The notes: a model not told the origin generated them from the sequence alone. Counted from the stretch's first letter, positions 10,081-20,550 are shown. The stretch: DNA of 64,000 nucleotides from Candidatus Hydrogenedentota bacterium (GCA_034669905.1 JAXMOL010000005.1:1-64000); one strand, 5' to 3'. Translations and numbers: made by a program.

Positions 10081-10275
10081 GTGAAACACCTCAAAAAAAT
10101 CAGCCAAGTGCAACCCGCCCCGGCCGACGCCGTTCAGGATTTCCTTTGCTTTGCTGCAGAAGCCTTGAATGCTTTTCTTTCGGTTATTGGGGGAACGCTC
10201 CCCGTTACGACCTATGTGGAAAACAAGTGTATCATCCCGGTGGCCAACGATACCGGTGGCGATACGACCGCGTAA
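10081..10275 (+). CDS. Small 64-aa protein (MKHLKKISQVQPAPA-amphipathic core)
   Basis: GTG start with GGAG 10 nt upstream, directly downstream of a consensus promoter in an otherwise empty interval. Confidence 0.6.
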   Translation: MKHLKKISQVQPAPADAVQDFLCFAAEALNAFLSVIGGTLPVTTYVENKCIIPVANDTGGDTTA

Positions 10276-10362
10276 ACCCATTAAATTCCCCGCCCGGTGT
10301 ATGCCTGCGTCACAGAACCCCCTGTATATGAGGCAGTTACACATCGTGCCGGGGGAAGATTG

Positions 10363-10391
10363 TTGACAGAATGCGGCCCTTAGCGCATAAT
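10363..10391 (+). promoter_or_regulatory. Sigma-70-type promoter of the LRR/VWA lipoprotein cluster
   Basis: TTGACA-N17-CATAAT. Confidence 0.65.
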
Positions 10392-10492
10392 ACAATCACT
10401 GGAATTCCGGCGTCCGCGCGTGACGTCTTTCTGTTGTTTTGCACCACAGTACTCAGACCCATCAGTGCGACCGTGACCAGAAGGTGGTTATC

Positions 10493-11122
10493 ATGATCCG
10501 ACAACACTTAGCAAAAATCTTCCTGCCCACGTTGATCGTGGCCATTGCGACCACCCTCCCCGGTTGCCCCGGGGGCAGCGGAAACTTTGTATTTTTCCAG
10601 GATGCGGCCCTCGAGTCCGCCGTACGGGCAACGATCGGTAAGCCCCTTGGCTTGCTGACCAATGCCGATGTATTGGCGATCACCGAGGTCGATGCGTCAG
10701 GGCTCAACATCCAAACCCTGAGCGGCATCGAAGCCTTGCGTAATCTCACCGTGCTGAACCTGCGCAGCAACAGCGTGCAGTCCATCACCCCCCTTGAAAA
10801 CCTGGTCAATCTCCGCGTTCTCGATCTCGGTGACAACGACGTCGCCCAGATTACCGCCATTTCGGGGCTCTTCCTTCTCGAAGAGCTGACCCTCTCGGGG
10901 GCGCGGATGGATATTGTAGACTGGTCTCCCCTTTCTGCCAACGCAACCAATGGCGGACTGGGTAATGGCGATATTGTGGTTCTTCCTGTCAACACCACCC
11001 TGGACGATCAGGGCAATGTATTGAACTATTGGGAAGATGATTATCTCACCTTGATCAACCTGGGCGTTTCCGTGCTCTTCGACGAGATGGGAACGACGGG
11101 TACCAAAACCGCATCGAACTGA
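10493..11122 (+). CDS. Internalin-like leucine-rich-repeat lipoprotein
   Basis: Lipobox LPGC, FQDAALESAVR cap and 22-aa LRRs (LRNLTVLNLRSNSVQSITPL, LVNLRVLDLGDNDVAQITAI). Confidence 0.85.
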   Translation: MIRQHLAKIFLPTLIVAIATTLPGCPGGSGNFVFFQDAALESAVRATIGKPLGLLTNADVLAITEVDASGLNIQTLSGIEALRNLTVLNLRSNSVQSITPLENLVNLRVLDLGDNDVAQITAISGLFLLEELTLSGARMDIVDWSPLSANATNGGLGNGDIVVLPVNTTLDDQGNVLNYWEDDYLTLINLGVSVLFDEMGTTGTKTASN

Positions 11123-11205
11123 CCCACACGACACGAGCGTGACACGGTGGCGCGGCCCGCATGCACAACTTGCGAATCATTAAACGGTAGACTGAGGTAG
11201 GCACT

Positions 11206-14200
11206 ATGGCTGAATGGAAATCGCGTGTTGGTCAACTGGCGCTACTGCTGGCGGCAACCATAATCTCGGGTTGCCCCGTTTCAGTTGTTACGGCCCCTCA
11301 ACTGAATGCCTCCCCAGCAGCCACCGACTTCGGCACCACGCAAACGACGCGCGATCTCGCCCTTGAAAACACCGGGGGCGGCACCTTGGAATGGACCGCT
11401 CAGGAAGTAACCCGGGCCGATGTAGACTCCCCCTGGGTTGCAGCCGACATTCCCTGGCTCACCCTGAGCACCGATGCCGGGTCCATCACAACGGAACTGG
11501 ACCACATTACGCTCACGGCCTCCCGCTCGGGCCTCTCTTCCGGTCTGTACACCAACACCGGCGTGCAGATTACTGGAAACGGCGGCACCGTAACGGTCCC
11601 GGTTTCCCTCACGGTAGAAGCCCAACTGCAGGTTACGCCCAAAACGCTGGCCCTCTCTGCCACCGATACGTCGGGCACCTTTTCCATTGTGAACAACGGC
11701 ACCACTCCCCTGTCGTGGACTATTTCCTATCTCACCGATCCCAACGACCGGACTTCCACCGGCGCGCTGCCCAGTGGCTTTACGGTTAATCCGGCCAGCG
11801 GCACCAACCAGTCCCTGTCGAGTACCTCCATCAACGTTACGTTCCCCGCGGGCACCGACGACTTCGCCCTGCTGGTTGACTCCGCCTCCGGCCAGGAAGT
11901 GGTCACCTTTTCGGTAGGCTCCGCGTTGACACAACTTCTCGTCAGCCCGGCCACCCTGACATTGTCTATCGCGAGCAATTCGGAAACCACGACCGAGCAA
12001 CCTGCGTCGACTCTACGGCTGGAGAACGTGGGCAATCTGCCGGTTTCCTGGGTCATCGATCTCTCCGAGCGCATCAACCCCACCGCAACACCGCCCCTTT
12101 CCGCAGACCCCATTCTGGGCACCACCCAGATTGGAAACACTTCGGAAATCGCCGTTCGGGTAACGGACCCCGATACCGTTATACAAGGCGACGGAATCTA
12201 CGAGCTCGCGGTCCGCGTTGGTGACTCCTTCCAGGTGGTCCCCATCATTGTAGATGTACTCCCCCTCCCCGAAATCACCCTGGCGCTCCCACCGGAAACG
12301 GAGTTTCTTCAGCCCCCGGTGGTAGAAACCGACCTCTTGGATTTTGGCGACAGTCTGGTCCAGGACCAGTTCTTTGTTGTCAATACAGGCAGCCGCGATT
12401 CCGAGCTCTTCTTCCAGGTGACCTACGATGAGCAAGGGCAGGACGACGCCCTCATCGCGGCCGTCTCCCCGGTTCGTGGCAACACTAATGGATCAGACCG
12501 CGACTTTTTCCTCTTCGACCAGCAGGTCTATACCGATGGCGTACCGGTTTCGGTCACCATCAATCGCAACAACCTGGTGGAAGACCTGGAAACGCGGACG
12601 ATTACCGTCCAGGCCTTTGAGAGCAACAACTTTGTTTCCCAGTTGACTGCCGTCGCGGAAAAGACCATCGAAATCCGCGTTGCCAAGCCCCCCTATACCA
12701 TTACCGGTGCCACCAACCGCGCACGGGCTCCCAGCATGCTGCGCTTCGTCTTCAGCAACCGGGATGAATTGGGACAGGTTATTCCACTTCAGACCGAAGC
12801 CGACCGCGAACGTATTGCCTACGAAATATTCGAAAACGAAGTTGCCCTGGACCTCGATGAAACCAGCCAGTTTCTGACCTTCGACTATCGGGGAAACGTG
12901 GTACTCATTCTCGATTTCACCGGCAGCATGTATAACGCCGGCACGACAGGCACGAATCCCCTTCAACCCGGCGACGCCGTCGCCCTGATGCGCGAAGCCG
13001 CAAAGGCCTTTATTGACGACCTCCCCCCCAACTTCAATCTTCAGCTCATGTATCACACCGACCGCGTCCCGGAAGAGCGCATTATTCAGCGCTTTACCAA
13101 TGACCGCACGCAGTTGAAAGATGCCCTGGACCGATTTACCGTCTCCCCTGCCCTCTTCGGCGACTCCGACATCGTAGAGACCCTGGAAATGGCTATCGAA
13201 TCGCTGGAGGCGGAAGACCCGGCGGGCACCCTTCCCTTTGACGACGCCGATGTGCGCGCAGTCGTTTTCATCACTGATGGCAAGGAAACGGTATCCGGCA
13301 ACACGGTTACCGGCGTGGATGCCCTGGCGGAAGAGTCCCGTACGCGGCTTTATCCCGTTGCCTATAGCCCTAACGGCGATCCGGCCCCGCTGGCCGACCT
13401 CATCGTCTCGGCCGAAGCATCGGGCGGCTACCTCTATACCGCAGGCAGCGTCCGCAACCTCTCCACGGTCTTCGGCACCCGCAGCTCGATGGAAGTGCTT
13501 GCGTCCACCAGCGCAGTACCCAATACGGCGGCCTTCACCATTCGCAATGCGGGCACGGCGGCCTTTACCTACGAGATCACTCCCGACGACTCCCCCTGGC
13601 TGAGTACCATCAGCCTGCCCGAGGGCAACGTCAACGGCGGCGCGAGCCAGGCCATCTCCATCGGCCTGGACCCCTCCGGCATTGCCGCCAACACGCAGCT
13701 CCGCGCCACGGTAAACGTGGTTGCATCCAATGGGGATGAAGCTGAAGTGGTCGTGACCTTCCTGACCACCACCGGCGCCGCAACGAACATTGAGACCACT
13801 GTCCGCGATGAGACGGGCGCTATCTGGGAAGAACTCAACAACCAATCGGTGCTGACCTATACGACCCCCAAGGAGGTCGATTTCCAATACCTCCTTTCCG
13901 GCACCTATCGTCTTCCCGATGATACGGTTATCGAGGGCCCCTTCCAGCGGAATGCCGTCTTTACCCTGGGTGACCCCCGCATTGGTCAGGTCTCTCTTCG
14001 GACGGCCGGTATCGTGGAAGACCTGAGTACGGTAGACCCGGAAAAGCGGTATCGCGCCGAGGTCTATGTCTATGCCGACTATATTCCGCGGAATATCCGC
14101 TCCTTCTCCTTCCGGTTCATGCCGGAGGCCGCCGCTGACCTCAGTGTGGCCGATCAGGCCCTGTTGGACAATGCGCTCATGCAAATTGAGCGTGCCGAAG

Positions 14201-15027
14201 GTGGCCTGCTGGACGACGACAATGTAGGCACCTCTGATTGGCGTCTTATCACCGAAGGCGACGGTCGGGTACGCATCTTTACCGATGACGATAACTTCCT
14301 CCCCGTCGGCTCCTTTGGTAACTTGCTCAAAATTACCTTCTCGAACCTCTCCGACTACGTGGAAGCCTTTGGCACCGGGGCGCGCCAACCGGAGCTTTTC
14401 CTCAGCATGCGCATGGACAACCGTCCCTACATCTCTCCCCAGTCGGAAGGCCAGCCCGCCAGCACCAAGTTCTTCCTCTATCCGGGCGGAATCACCCACG
14501 ATGGCCGGGCCCTGTCGATTGGGCTGGGCGAAAGTGACCTCGCGTCGCCGGCACAGTTCGTCGAATTTCTCTCAGAGATTCCCGGCTTTGATCCGGAAGA
14601 CGAATCCGCCCTCGACTCCGACATGGACACCATTCCAAACTTTAACGACCCGGCGCCGTTGGACGAGGAAATTCCCGCCAGCCGGGTGACGCCGAATCCC
14701 ATTGATGTGGATTCCGATGAGACCGTATTCGCCCTTACGATACGAAACAATCTGCTCGACAGCTTTGAGTGGAATATCGACACGGCTTCCCTCCCCAGCT
14801 GGATACCCGCTGCCAGTATTCGCTATGGCGCCGGGGCTGCGAGCACCACGCAAGTACGTACCGTATTGGCACCAGGAGAAACCGAAGTCGTACAGTTCAC
14901 GGTCGACCGGACAGGACTTACCCCGGGAACGGCAATCACCGATTCCGTCGTATTTAACATTACGAATAGCGAGTATGCCTTCATCGTACCGGAGAGTGTG
15001 TCAGTAACGATGGAGATAGCGCCATGA
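11206..15027 (+). CDS. Large lipoprotein with BACON/Ig-like repeats and a VWA domain
   Basis: Lipobox ISGC, repeated NxGxxxLxW...PWL modules, and VWA motifs VVLILDFTGSM and VVFITDG. Confidence 0.85.
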   Translation: MAEWKSRVGQLALLLAATIISGCPVSVVTAPQLNASPAATDFGTTQTTRDLALENTGGGTLEWTAQEVTRADVDSPWVAADIPWLTLSTDAGSITTELDHITLTASRSGLSSGLYTNTGVQITGNGGTVTVPVSLTVEAQLQVTPKTLALSATDTSGTFSIVNNGTTPLSWTISYLTDPNDRTSTGALPSGFTVNPASGTNQSLSSTSINVTFPAGTDDFALLVDSASGQEVVTFSVGSALTQLLVSPATLTLSIASNSETTTEQPASTLRLENVGNLPVSWVIDLSERINPTATPPLSADPILGTTQIGNTSEIAVRVTDPDTVIQGDGIYELAVRVGDSFQVVPIIVDVLPLPEITLALPPETEFLQPPVVETDLLDFGDSLVQDQFFVVNTGSRDSELFFQVTYDEQGQDDALIAAVSPVRGNTNGSDRDFFLFDQQVYTDGVPVSVTINRNNLVEDLETRTITVQAFESNNFVSQLTAVAEKTIEIRVAKPPYTITGATNRARAPSMLRFVFSNRDELGQVIPLQTEADRERIAYEIFENEVALDLDETSQFLTFDYRGNVVLILDFTGSMYNAGTTGTNPLQPGDAVALMREAAKAFIDDLPPNFNLQLMYHTDRVPEERIIQRFTNDRTQLKDALDRFTVSPALFGDSDIVETLEMAIESLEAEDPAGTLPFDDADVRAVVFITDGKETVSGNTVTGVDALAEESRTRLYPVAYSPNGDPAPLADLIVSAEASGGYLYTAGSVRNLSTVFGTRSSMEVLASTSAVPNTAAFTIRNAGTAAFTYEITPDDSPWLSTISLPEGNVNGGASQAISIGLDPSGIAANTQLRATVNVVASNGDEAEVVVTFLTTTGAATNIETTVRDETGAIWEELNNQSVLTYTTPKEVDFQYLLSGTYRLPDDTVIEGPFQRNAVFTLGDPRIGQVSLRTAGIVEDLSTVDPEKRYRAEVYVYADYIPRNIRSFSFRFMPEAAADLSVADQALLDNALMQIERAEGGLLDDDNVGTSDWRLITEGDGRVRIFTDDDNFLPVGSFGNLLKITFSNLSDYVEAFGTGARQPELFLSMRMDNRPYISPQSEGQPASTKFFLYPGGITHDGRALSIGLGESDLASPAQFVEFLSEIPGFDPEDESALDSDMDTIPNFNDPAPLDEEIPASRVTPNPIDVDSDETVFALTIRNNLLDSFEWNIDTASLPSWIPAASIRYGAGAASTTQVRTVLAPGETEVVQFTVDRTGLTPGTAITDSVVFNITNSEYAFIVPESVSVTMEIAP

Positions 15028-15104
15028 GGGTAAAAGGGATTTTGAAACGGGCGACCGGTCTAATGGCGACACGAAAGAGTCAACGTGATGATAAGGAGTA
15101 TGGA

Positions 15105-18100
15105 ATGCTACGCACAACGCGCTGCATAAGCTTGATGGGTCTGCTACTGACCATCGTCGCCCTGACTGGCTGTCCGACGGCAACAACACCGGGACTTTCA
15201 GTCACTCCGCTCGCGTTGAATTTCGGGGCCGGGGAAAGCTCAAAGACGATTCGCATTCAGAATTCCGGTGGCGGCATGCTGACGTGGGCGGTCGAAGTAT
15301 CGGAGAACGCCCCCTGGCTTACGCTTGAGGTGGCCAAATCCAGCAAGCAGGCCAGCACGGTCGAAGGAGAAACGTCCACCGAAATCGATGTGGTCACCCT
15401 CCTTCTGAACCGGAGCATTCTGGATCAATCCTCCTCACGGAATGCCACGGTCACGGTAACCTCCAACGCCGGCAACCAGACCGTGAGCGTGGGGGTATCT
15501 GAATCCGGCCCTGCCCAACTCAACATCGCCCCGACCTCCCTGGCCTTTGGCACGACCGCAACTTCGATGGATGTTGCCATCAGCAATTCGGGCTCCGAAG
15601 GGCTTGACTGGGTGCTGGCCGTTCCCGATGACGCCCCCTGGCTGAGCGCTTCCCGCACCAGCAATTCGGGGGTTATCGGCACGACCGTGGACTCAGTAAC
15701 CTTCACCGTCGATCGGACCGGCCTTCCCGGTGGAGACTACGAAGCCACCGTTACGGTAGCGTCGAATGGTGGCACCGGTGAAATTCTCATTACCGCCAGC
15801 GTGCCTCCGCTGATTGTATCCACATCAGAAATTGATTTTGGAAGCCGACTCGCCAGCGCGTCCCGCTTCGTCAACATTTCCAACCCCTCGGAGACCATTG
15901 CTGGCCTCCAGATTTCTGCCGATGTGCAGGGCGCCGCAACGGAATGGCTCACGCTCGGAGAGAATCTTACCGTGCTGGATCCGCGCACGACCGGTACCAT
16001 CCGCGTGGATGCCGATCCTGCGGGTCTGGCGCCGGGAACCTACACGGGCACCATCACCGTGGCTTCGGCCAATCTGAACTTCACCCACCTCATCACGGTG
16101 CGTCTGGAGGTCCCCGGGCTTTCCGTCACCCCGGACACGATTGCCTTTGGCGAGATCACCGAGCTTCAGCAGCGAGACTTTACGCTGGAGAATCTGACGG
16201 GCGCCCCCCTGGCCTACCGCATTACGATCCCCGAGAGCGCCCCCTGGGTACTCCTCTCCTCTACCTCCGGGACGGTCGCGACTACAACCACGATTCAACT
16301 GAGCGCAGACCCCGATCGGATTGGCGCCGGTAGCCATGAAGCCGAACTCTCCATCACCTTCGGAGACGACGGAAACGCTCCCACCCAGACCCTGACCGTG
16401 ACCATGAGTCGGCCAGAGCCCGCGCGTCTGGAAGCTTCGCCGAAGTCTATCCTCTTTGGCACGGCCCTCCTCGAACGTCGGGTCGCCTTATGGAATGTGG
16501 GTATCGGTTCCGTAGATTGGACCATCGACGCCTCTGGATTCCCGGCCTGGCTTAGCCTGGAGGTCGTCCCTGGCTCCGGAACCCTTTCGGGCGGTGTCGC
16601 CACGGGTACGGTTGCCGGCGAAGAGACCGACGAAATCCTCCTGCGCGTCGACCGCAGCATGGCGCCTTCCGGCCAATTCGAATTCAGTCACACCTTCAAT
16701 GCAATCTCCTCCGGCGATGCGGACAACGTGGTGACCATCACCTTGTCCATGTCAATTGCCCGCGTACCCGTCTTCGTCCTGGAAGCCGATGACATTGATG
16801 ACCGCGGTATCAGCACCTTGTCCGTTCCCGTAACGGAGGACACCCGTAGCTTCGTGGTCCGCAACGAGGGCACCGGCCCGCTCAACTGGGGATTCTCCAA
16901 TCTGCCCTCTTGGATCTCCTCCTTGGAACCCTCGCAGGGCACGCTTCAGCCCAACGTACAACAAACGGTGACGTTGACGGTGAATCGCAGTGGCCTGGTC
17001 ACCCCGGGTGTCCAAGCCTTTCTGGAAATCACCACCAACGACCCGGCCAACGAATTGGTCTTCCTCGACGTGGCCGTGGCCGTCCCCCCCGTCATTCTGA
17101 TTACCACCGATCGACCCAGTCTTGGCTTCTCCGATGACGAAGCTGCTGCGACCATCGGCATTGCCAATAATGGTGATGCGGGAACCTTGCTGAACTATCA
17201 GGTGGTCACCAACCAGGACTGGCTTTCCATTGCGCCTTCCAATGGCGTCAGCGAAGGTACCTCCTCCCCCATCAAGGACTTCCAGGAACACAGCGTAACG
17301 GTAGACCGCTCCCGACTGGATGGTGCCGGCGCCTCGGCCCGCCTCATCATTTCGGCGTTTATCGTGGAAGACGGTGTTGCCGTCCCCGATCCCACCGTAC
17401 CGCCCCTGGAAATCACCGTGACCGTAGAGGCTGCGCCACTTACCATCGAGTCTGCGCTTCCCCGGAAGCGGGTTCCGTCGCTCTTACGAAATGTCCTCAG
17501 CCTGCGCAATATTCGTTCTGAGTCTATCCCGATTCCGAACAGCCGCTTGCAGCAGGTCGGTGATCTCTTCCGCATTGCCGAGACGGAAGTGCCCTTGGAA
17601 TTGACCGAATCGAATCAGTTCCTCAAGAAGGATTTTTCTGCCAATGTGCTCATCATGCTCGACTTCTCCGGCAGTATGCTGGATTCGGCCGAGCAAGCTG
17701 TGGCCGACGGTCAGCTAGGCGACCCGGCGGCGCTGACAGAGGATGCGCTCAAGAGCGTCTACGCCCAGTGCATCGGAGACCTCATTGATGAGATGCCCGA
17801 TCACTTCCGCGTGGGACTGAGCGTGTTCAACGACCGGCCCACGCCCGATAGTGGCGCGGTGCGCATCATTAATCCCGCGGACGGCGATGGCGCCTTCACA
17901 CGGGACAAGAATCTACTGAATACCCGCTTCACCCAGCTCGTTGTCAATGACAACGGCGCGACCGAGCTCCTTCCCGCCCTGCAGGCCGGTGCCACCCGTC
18001 TGGTGCGTGAAGATACCAATAGCAACCTCCGCCCCTTCGATGATGCGGACGTCAAAGCCTTGATAGTCATCACCGACGGACGGGACACCAGTCTGGAGCG

Positions 18101-19739
18101 TGTAACGGAAACGGCCAACGCCATTGTGGCCCAGGGAGTGCGCCTCTTTATTCTGGGTTGGGGTGCCAAGGTGGAAGCCGATCCCATTATCCGTCTGACT
18201 ACGACCACCGGTGGCCACTATTACTCGACCCCGGCCCGTGACACCGGGGTGCAGGATGCCTTTGGCGTACCGATCCGGGTGCCCGAAGTCAGCCAGCTCA
18301 CGGACTGGTGCAGCTTGGATCCGGCCGACGAGTGTGACGAATCCATCCCTAACGATCTGGCTTCCCAGGTACTACTCAGCTACACCACCTTGAATGCCCA
18401 GCCCAGTGTGGTGGTGACGGCCGATCTCACCTTTAACGATCCCAACGACCAGAACTCCATCTGCCTTCCCGAGCAGGGTGAAATCACCAGCAGCGTGGAA
18501 TACCGCCAGCAGGACTTCCTGGCGATTCAGGGCGACGTACGGATGGGTCAGGCCTCGATTCGGACGGAAGGTGTCTCCAACGGGGAGGCAACCCTTATTG
18601 TTCGGGCCGACTACATGCCGCGGAACATCACACAGATCACCTTCGAAATCAACGTAAACAGCCTGGAAAACCCAGCGGTCGCCGTGAGAACGGTCAACCA
18701 GATTGCCGGGGGACTCATCTCGAACTGGACGCAATCGCAGGTGGGTAACTTCTATACCTTCACCTCCCCCGATGGCGAGCCCGTCCGTTTTTCGGATTTC
18801 GGCGATCTTCTCCAAATCACCGTCTCCGGTGTAACGCAGGCATTCGACGTCGACTTCGAAATCACGGACCCGGTCTACATGTCGGATAACTTTGAGACCA
18901 AGTACTTCACCCACCCCACGGGTATCACCGTTGGCGGCAGTGAGTTCCTGGCGACTTCCTTCCCCTCCCCCTTCTTTGACAGCCGTCCCGGGCCGCTGGA
19001 TGTCGATGGTGAATTCATCGTCGTGGCGGATGCCGACACGGATCAGGTGGAAATCGACGTGTTCAACCTCGGCGGCTCCCACGTGGCACCGGGTTCCGTG
19101 CCCGATATCGTCACTGGAGAGTTCAACCCCGAGGGGCTTGTGAACGTCGGTCTCTTCTGGGAAGCAATTGTGGGCGCGTCCGACAACTTCCTCACCTTTG
19201 AGGACGACACCCAGACCTCCGGTTTCGTGACGGATTACATGACCCCCTCCACCATGTTTGTCAATCTCAACCGAGCTGTAACGCCTCCCGGAGAGCGCGA
19301 AGGCGAGATTACTGTCACGTATGGTTCTGGCTCGGTCAATAATACGGGCACCCTGGACCCCATTGTCATTCGCTATACGGTCGAACTTCCTGAGTTCGAT
19401 ATCGACATCTACAATGCCGACACCGAGCAGTTTGAAGACTTGCCGGGGCTCTTTATTAACTTTGAAGCCACACCGGACGCCCAGGACATCCGCATTACGA
19501 ATGTCGGTCAAAGCACACTGCAGTGGGAAGTAGATCCTGCGAGCCTCCCCGCGTGGGTTGTGCTCAGCAGCTTCGTCGGTGCCCCGGGCCCTGATGAGAG
19601 TGAGGTAGTTACCATAAACATCAATCGGGCCAGCCTTCCGGAAGGCAACCAGTTTGCGGACATCGTGTTTACGGCGGACTTTACCGACCCGATAACGCTG
19701 ACGGTCAGTGCAGAAGGTCTTCCTGCCGGCGCAAAATAG
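15105..19739 (+). CDS. Paralogous large lipoprotein with more BACON/Ig-like repeats and a VWA domain
   Basis: TAAGGAG RBS, lipobox LTGC, VLIMLDFSGSM (DxSxS) and LIVITDG. Shares PFDDADV and ADYxPRNI blocks with the upstream gene. Confidence 0.85.
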   Translation: MLRTTRCISLMGLLLTIVALTGCPTATTPGLSVTPLALNFGAGESSKTIRIQNSGGGMLTWAVEVSENAPWLTLEVAKSSKQASTVEGETSTEIDVVTLLLNRSILDQSSSRNATVTVTSNAGNQTVSVGVSESGPAQLNIAPTSLAFGTTATSMDVAISNSGSEGLDWVLAVPDDAPWLSASRTSNSGVIGTTVDSVTFTVDRTGLPGGDYEATVTVASNGGTGEILITASVPPLIVSTSEIDFGSRLASASRFVNISNPSETIAGLQISADVQGAATEWLTLGENLTVLDPRTTGTIRVDADPAGLAPGTYTGTITVASANLNFTHLITVRLEVPGLSVTPDTIAFGEITELQQRDFTLENLTGAPLAYRITIPESAPWVLLSSTSGTVATTTTIQLSADPDRIGAGSHEAELSITFGDDGNAPTQTLTVTMSRPEPARLEASPKSILFGTALLERRVALWNVGIGSVDWTIDASGFPAWLSLEVVPGSGTLSGGVATGTVAGEETDEILLRVDRSMAPSGQFEFSHTFNAISSGDADNVVTITLSMSIARVPVFVLEADDIDDRGISTLSVPVTEDTRSFVVRNEGTGPLNWGFSNLPSWISSLEPSQGTLQPNVQQTVTLTVNRSGLVTPGVQAFLEITTNDPANELVFLDVAVAVPPVILITTDRPSLGFSDDEAAATIGIANNGDAGTLLNYQVVTNQDWLSIAPSNGVSEGTSSPIKDFQEHSVTVDRSRLDGAGASARLIISAFIVEDGVAVPDPTVPPLEITVTVEAAPLTIESALPRKRVPSLLRNVLSLRNIRSESIPIPNSRLQQVGDLFRIAETEVPLELTESNQFLKKDFSANVLIMLDFSGSMLDSAEQAVADGQLGDPAALTEDALKSVYAQCIGDLIDEMPDHFRVGLSVFNDRPTPDSGAVRIINPADGDGAFTRDKNLLNTRFTQLVVNDNGATELLPALQAGATRLVREDTNSNLRPFDDADVKALIVITDGRDTSLERVTETANAIVAQGVRLFILGWGAKVEADPIIRLTTTTGGHYYSTPARDTGVQDAFGVPIRVPEVSQLTDWCSLDPADECDESIPNDLASQVLLSYTTLNAQPSVVVTADLTFNDPNDQNSICLPEQGEITSSVEYRQQDFLAIQGDVRMGQASIRTEGVSNGEATLIVRADYMPRNITQITFEINVNSLENPAVAVRTVNQIAGGLISNWTQSQVGNFYTFTSPDGEPVRFSDFGDLLQITVSGVTQAFDVDFEITDPVYMSDNFETKYFTHPTGITVGGSEFLATSFPSPFFDSRPGPLDVDGEFIVVADADTDQVEIDVFNLGGSHVAPGSVPDIVTGEFNPEGLVNVGLFWEAIVGASDNFLTFEDDTQTSGFVTDYMTPSTMFVNLNRAVTPPGEREGEITVTYGSGSVNNTGTLDPIVIRYTVELPEFDIDIYNADTEQFEDLPGLFINFEATPDAQDIRITNVGQSTLQWEVDPASLPAWVVLSSFVGAPGPDESEVVTININRASLPEGNQFADIVFTADFTDPITLTVSAEGLPAGAK

Positions 19740-19762
19740 CCCCTGACACGTAAGAAACAGGC

Positions 19763-19802
19763 CTGCCGTCCTCCCCCTTTGCGGAGGGCGGCAGTTTTTT
19801 TT
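19763..19802 (+). terminator. Intrinsic terminator
   Basis: CTGCCGTCCTCC/GGAGGGCGGCAG stem followed by T8. Confidence 0.85.
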
Positions 19803-19895
19803 CGGGGGCTAAGTTGTCAGACCACACAGATTCTGAGTTATAATACACCTCGTCCCATTCCTGACCGAACCTCACTCTAACGGAAAGAGCCCGCT

Positions 19896-20141
19896 GTGAA
19901 TCCGATTGTCCTGAATCTCGCCGTCGCTGTCGGCGCCCTGGTGCTAATCTATGGAATCTGGATTGGTGTTCACCTGCTGGCTCGATTTCGTATGGGGCCA
20001 CGTCAGATAGGTTGCCGCGGGCCGATGACCGATGATTTCGGGAATGAAGTATGTTGTCATACCGGGGAACCGTGCACCGGTGACGCAACCTGCAGCACGG
20101 ACGACGAGGCCCATTCTTCCCCGTGTCAGGAAAAGCACTGA
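19896..20141 (+). CDS. Small membrane protein with a Cys-rich C-terminus
   Basis: GTG start, one TM helix, then a tail with six Cys (GC...CCHTGEPCTGDATC...PC). Confidence 0.6.
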   Translation: MNPIVLNLAVAVGALVLIYGIWIGVHLLARFRMGPRQIGCRGPMTDDFGNEVCCHTGEPCTGDATCSTDDEAHSSPCQEKH

Positions 20142-20199
20142 CTATCTGTAACGATTGCTGATCCTCTTGCCGGATCATTGATAAGACCAAGAGAAAGGA

Positions 20200-20550
20200 A
20201 TGGCGCTGATGCCACTCAAGTACTACTGCCCGAAGTGTAGCAAACGTTATGTTGAATGGGGTGCGGAAAAGCTCGCCTTTAAATGCCCTGACTGTGAGGA
20301 CGTGACCCTGTATCGTGTTGGAACCCTGCCGGAAGGTGAAGATGGAAAACCATCCCTTTCCAAAACGGCCGCCAAGCGAAAGGCGAAAGCCAAGCCCAAG
20401 GCAAAAGCCAAGGCGAAGGCGAAGGCCAAGGTAAAGGCTGAAATAGCCCCTGCTGATATCGATGATGATTTGTCACTCGACGTCGTGGATACCGACGACG
20501 TAGATTTGGCCGATGTGGATGCGAAAGACGTGGTCGTCGACGACGACTGA
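20200..20550 (+). CDS. Zinc-ribbon protein with Lys/Ala repeat and acidic tail
   Basis: CPKC...CPDC, KAKAKPKAKAKAKAKAK and an Asp-rich tail. Start is 20200 or 20209. Confidence 0.75.
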   Translation: MALMPLKYYCPKCSKRYVEWGAEKLAFKCPDCEDVTLYRVGTLPEGEDGKPSLSKTAAKRKAKAKPKAKAKAKAKAKVKAEIAPADIDDDLSLDVVDTDDVDLADVDAKDVVVDDD

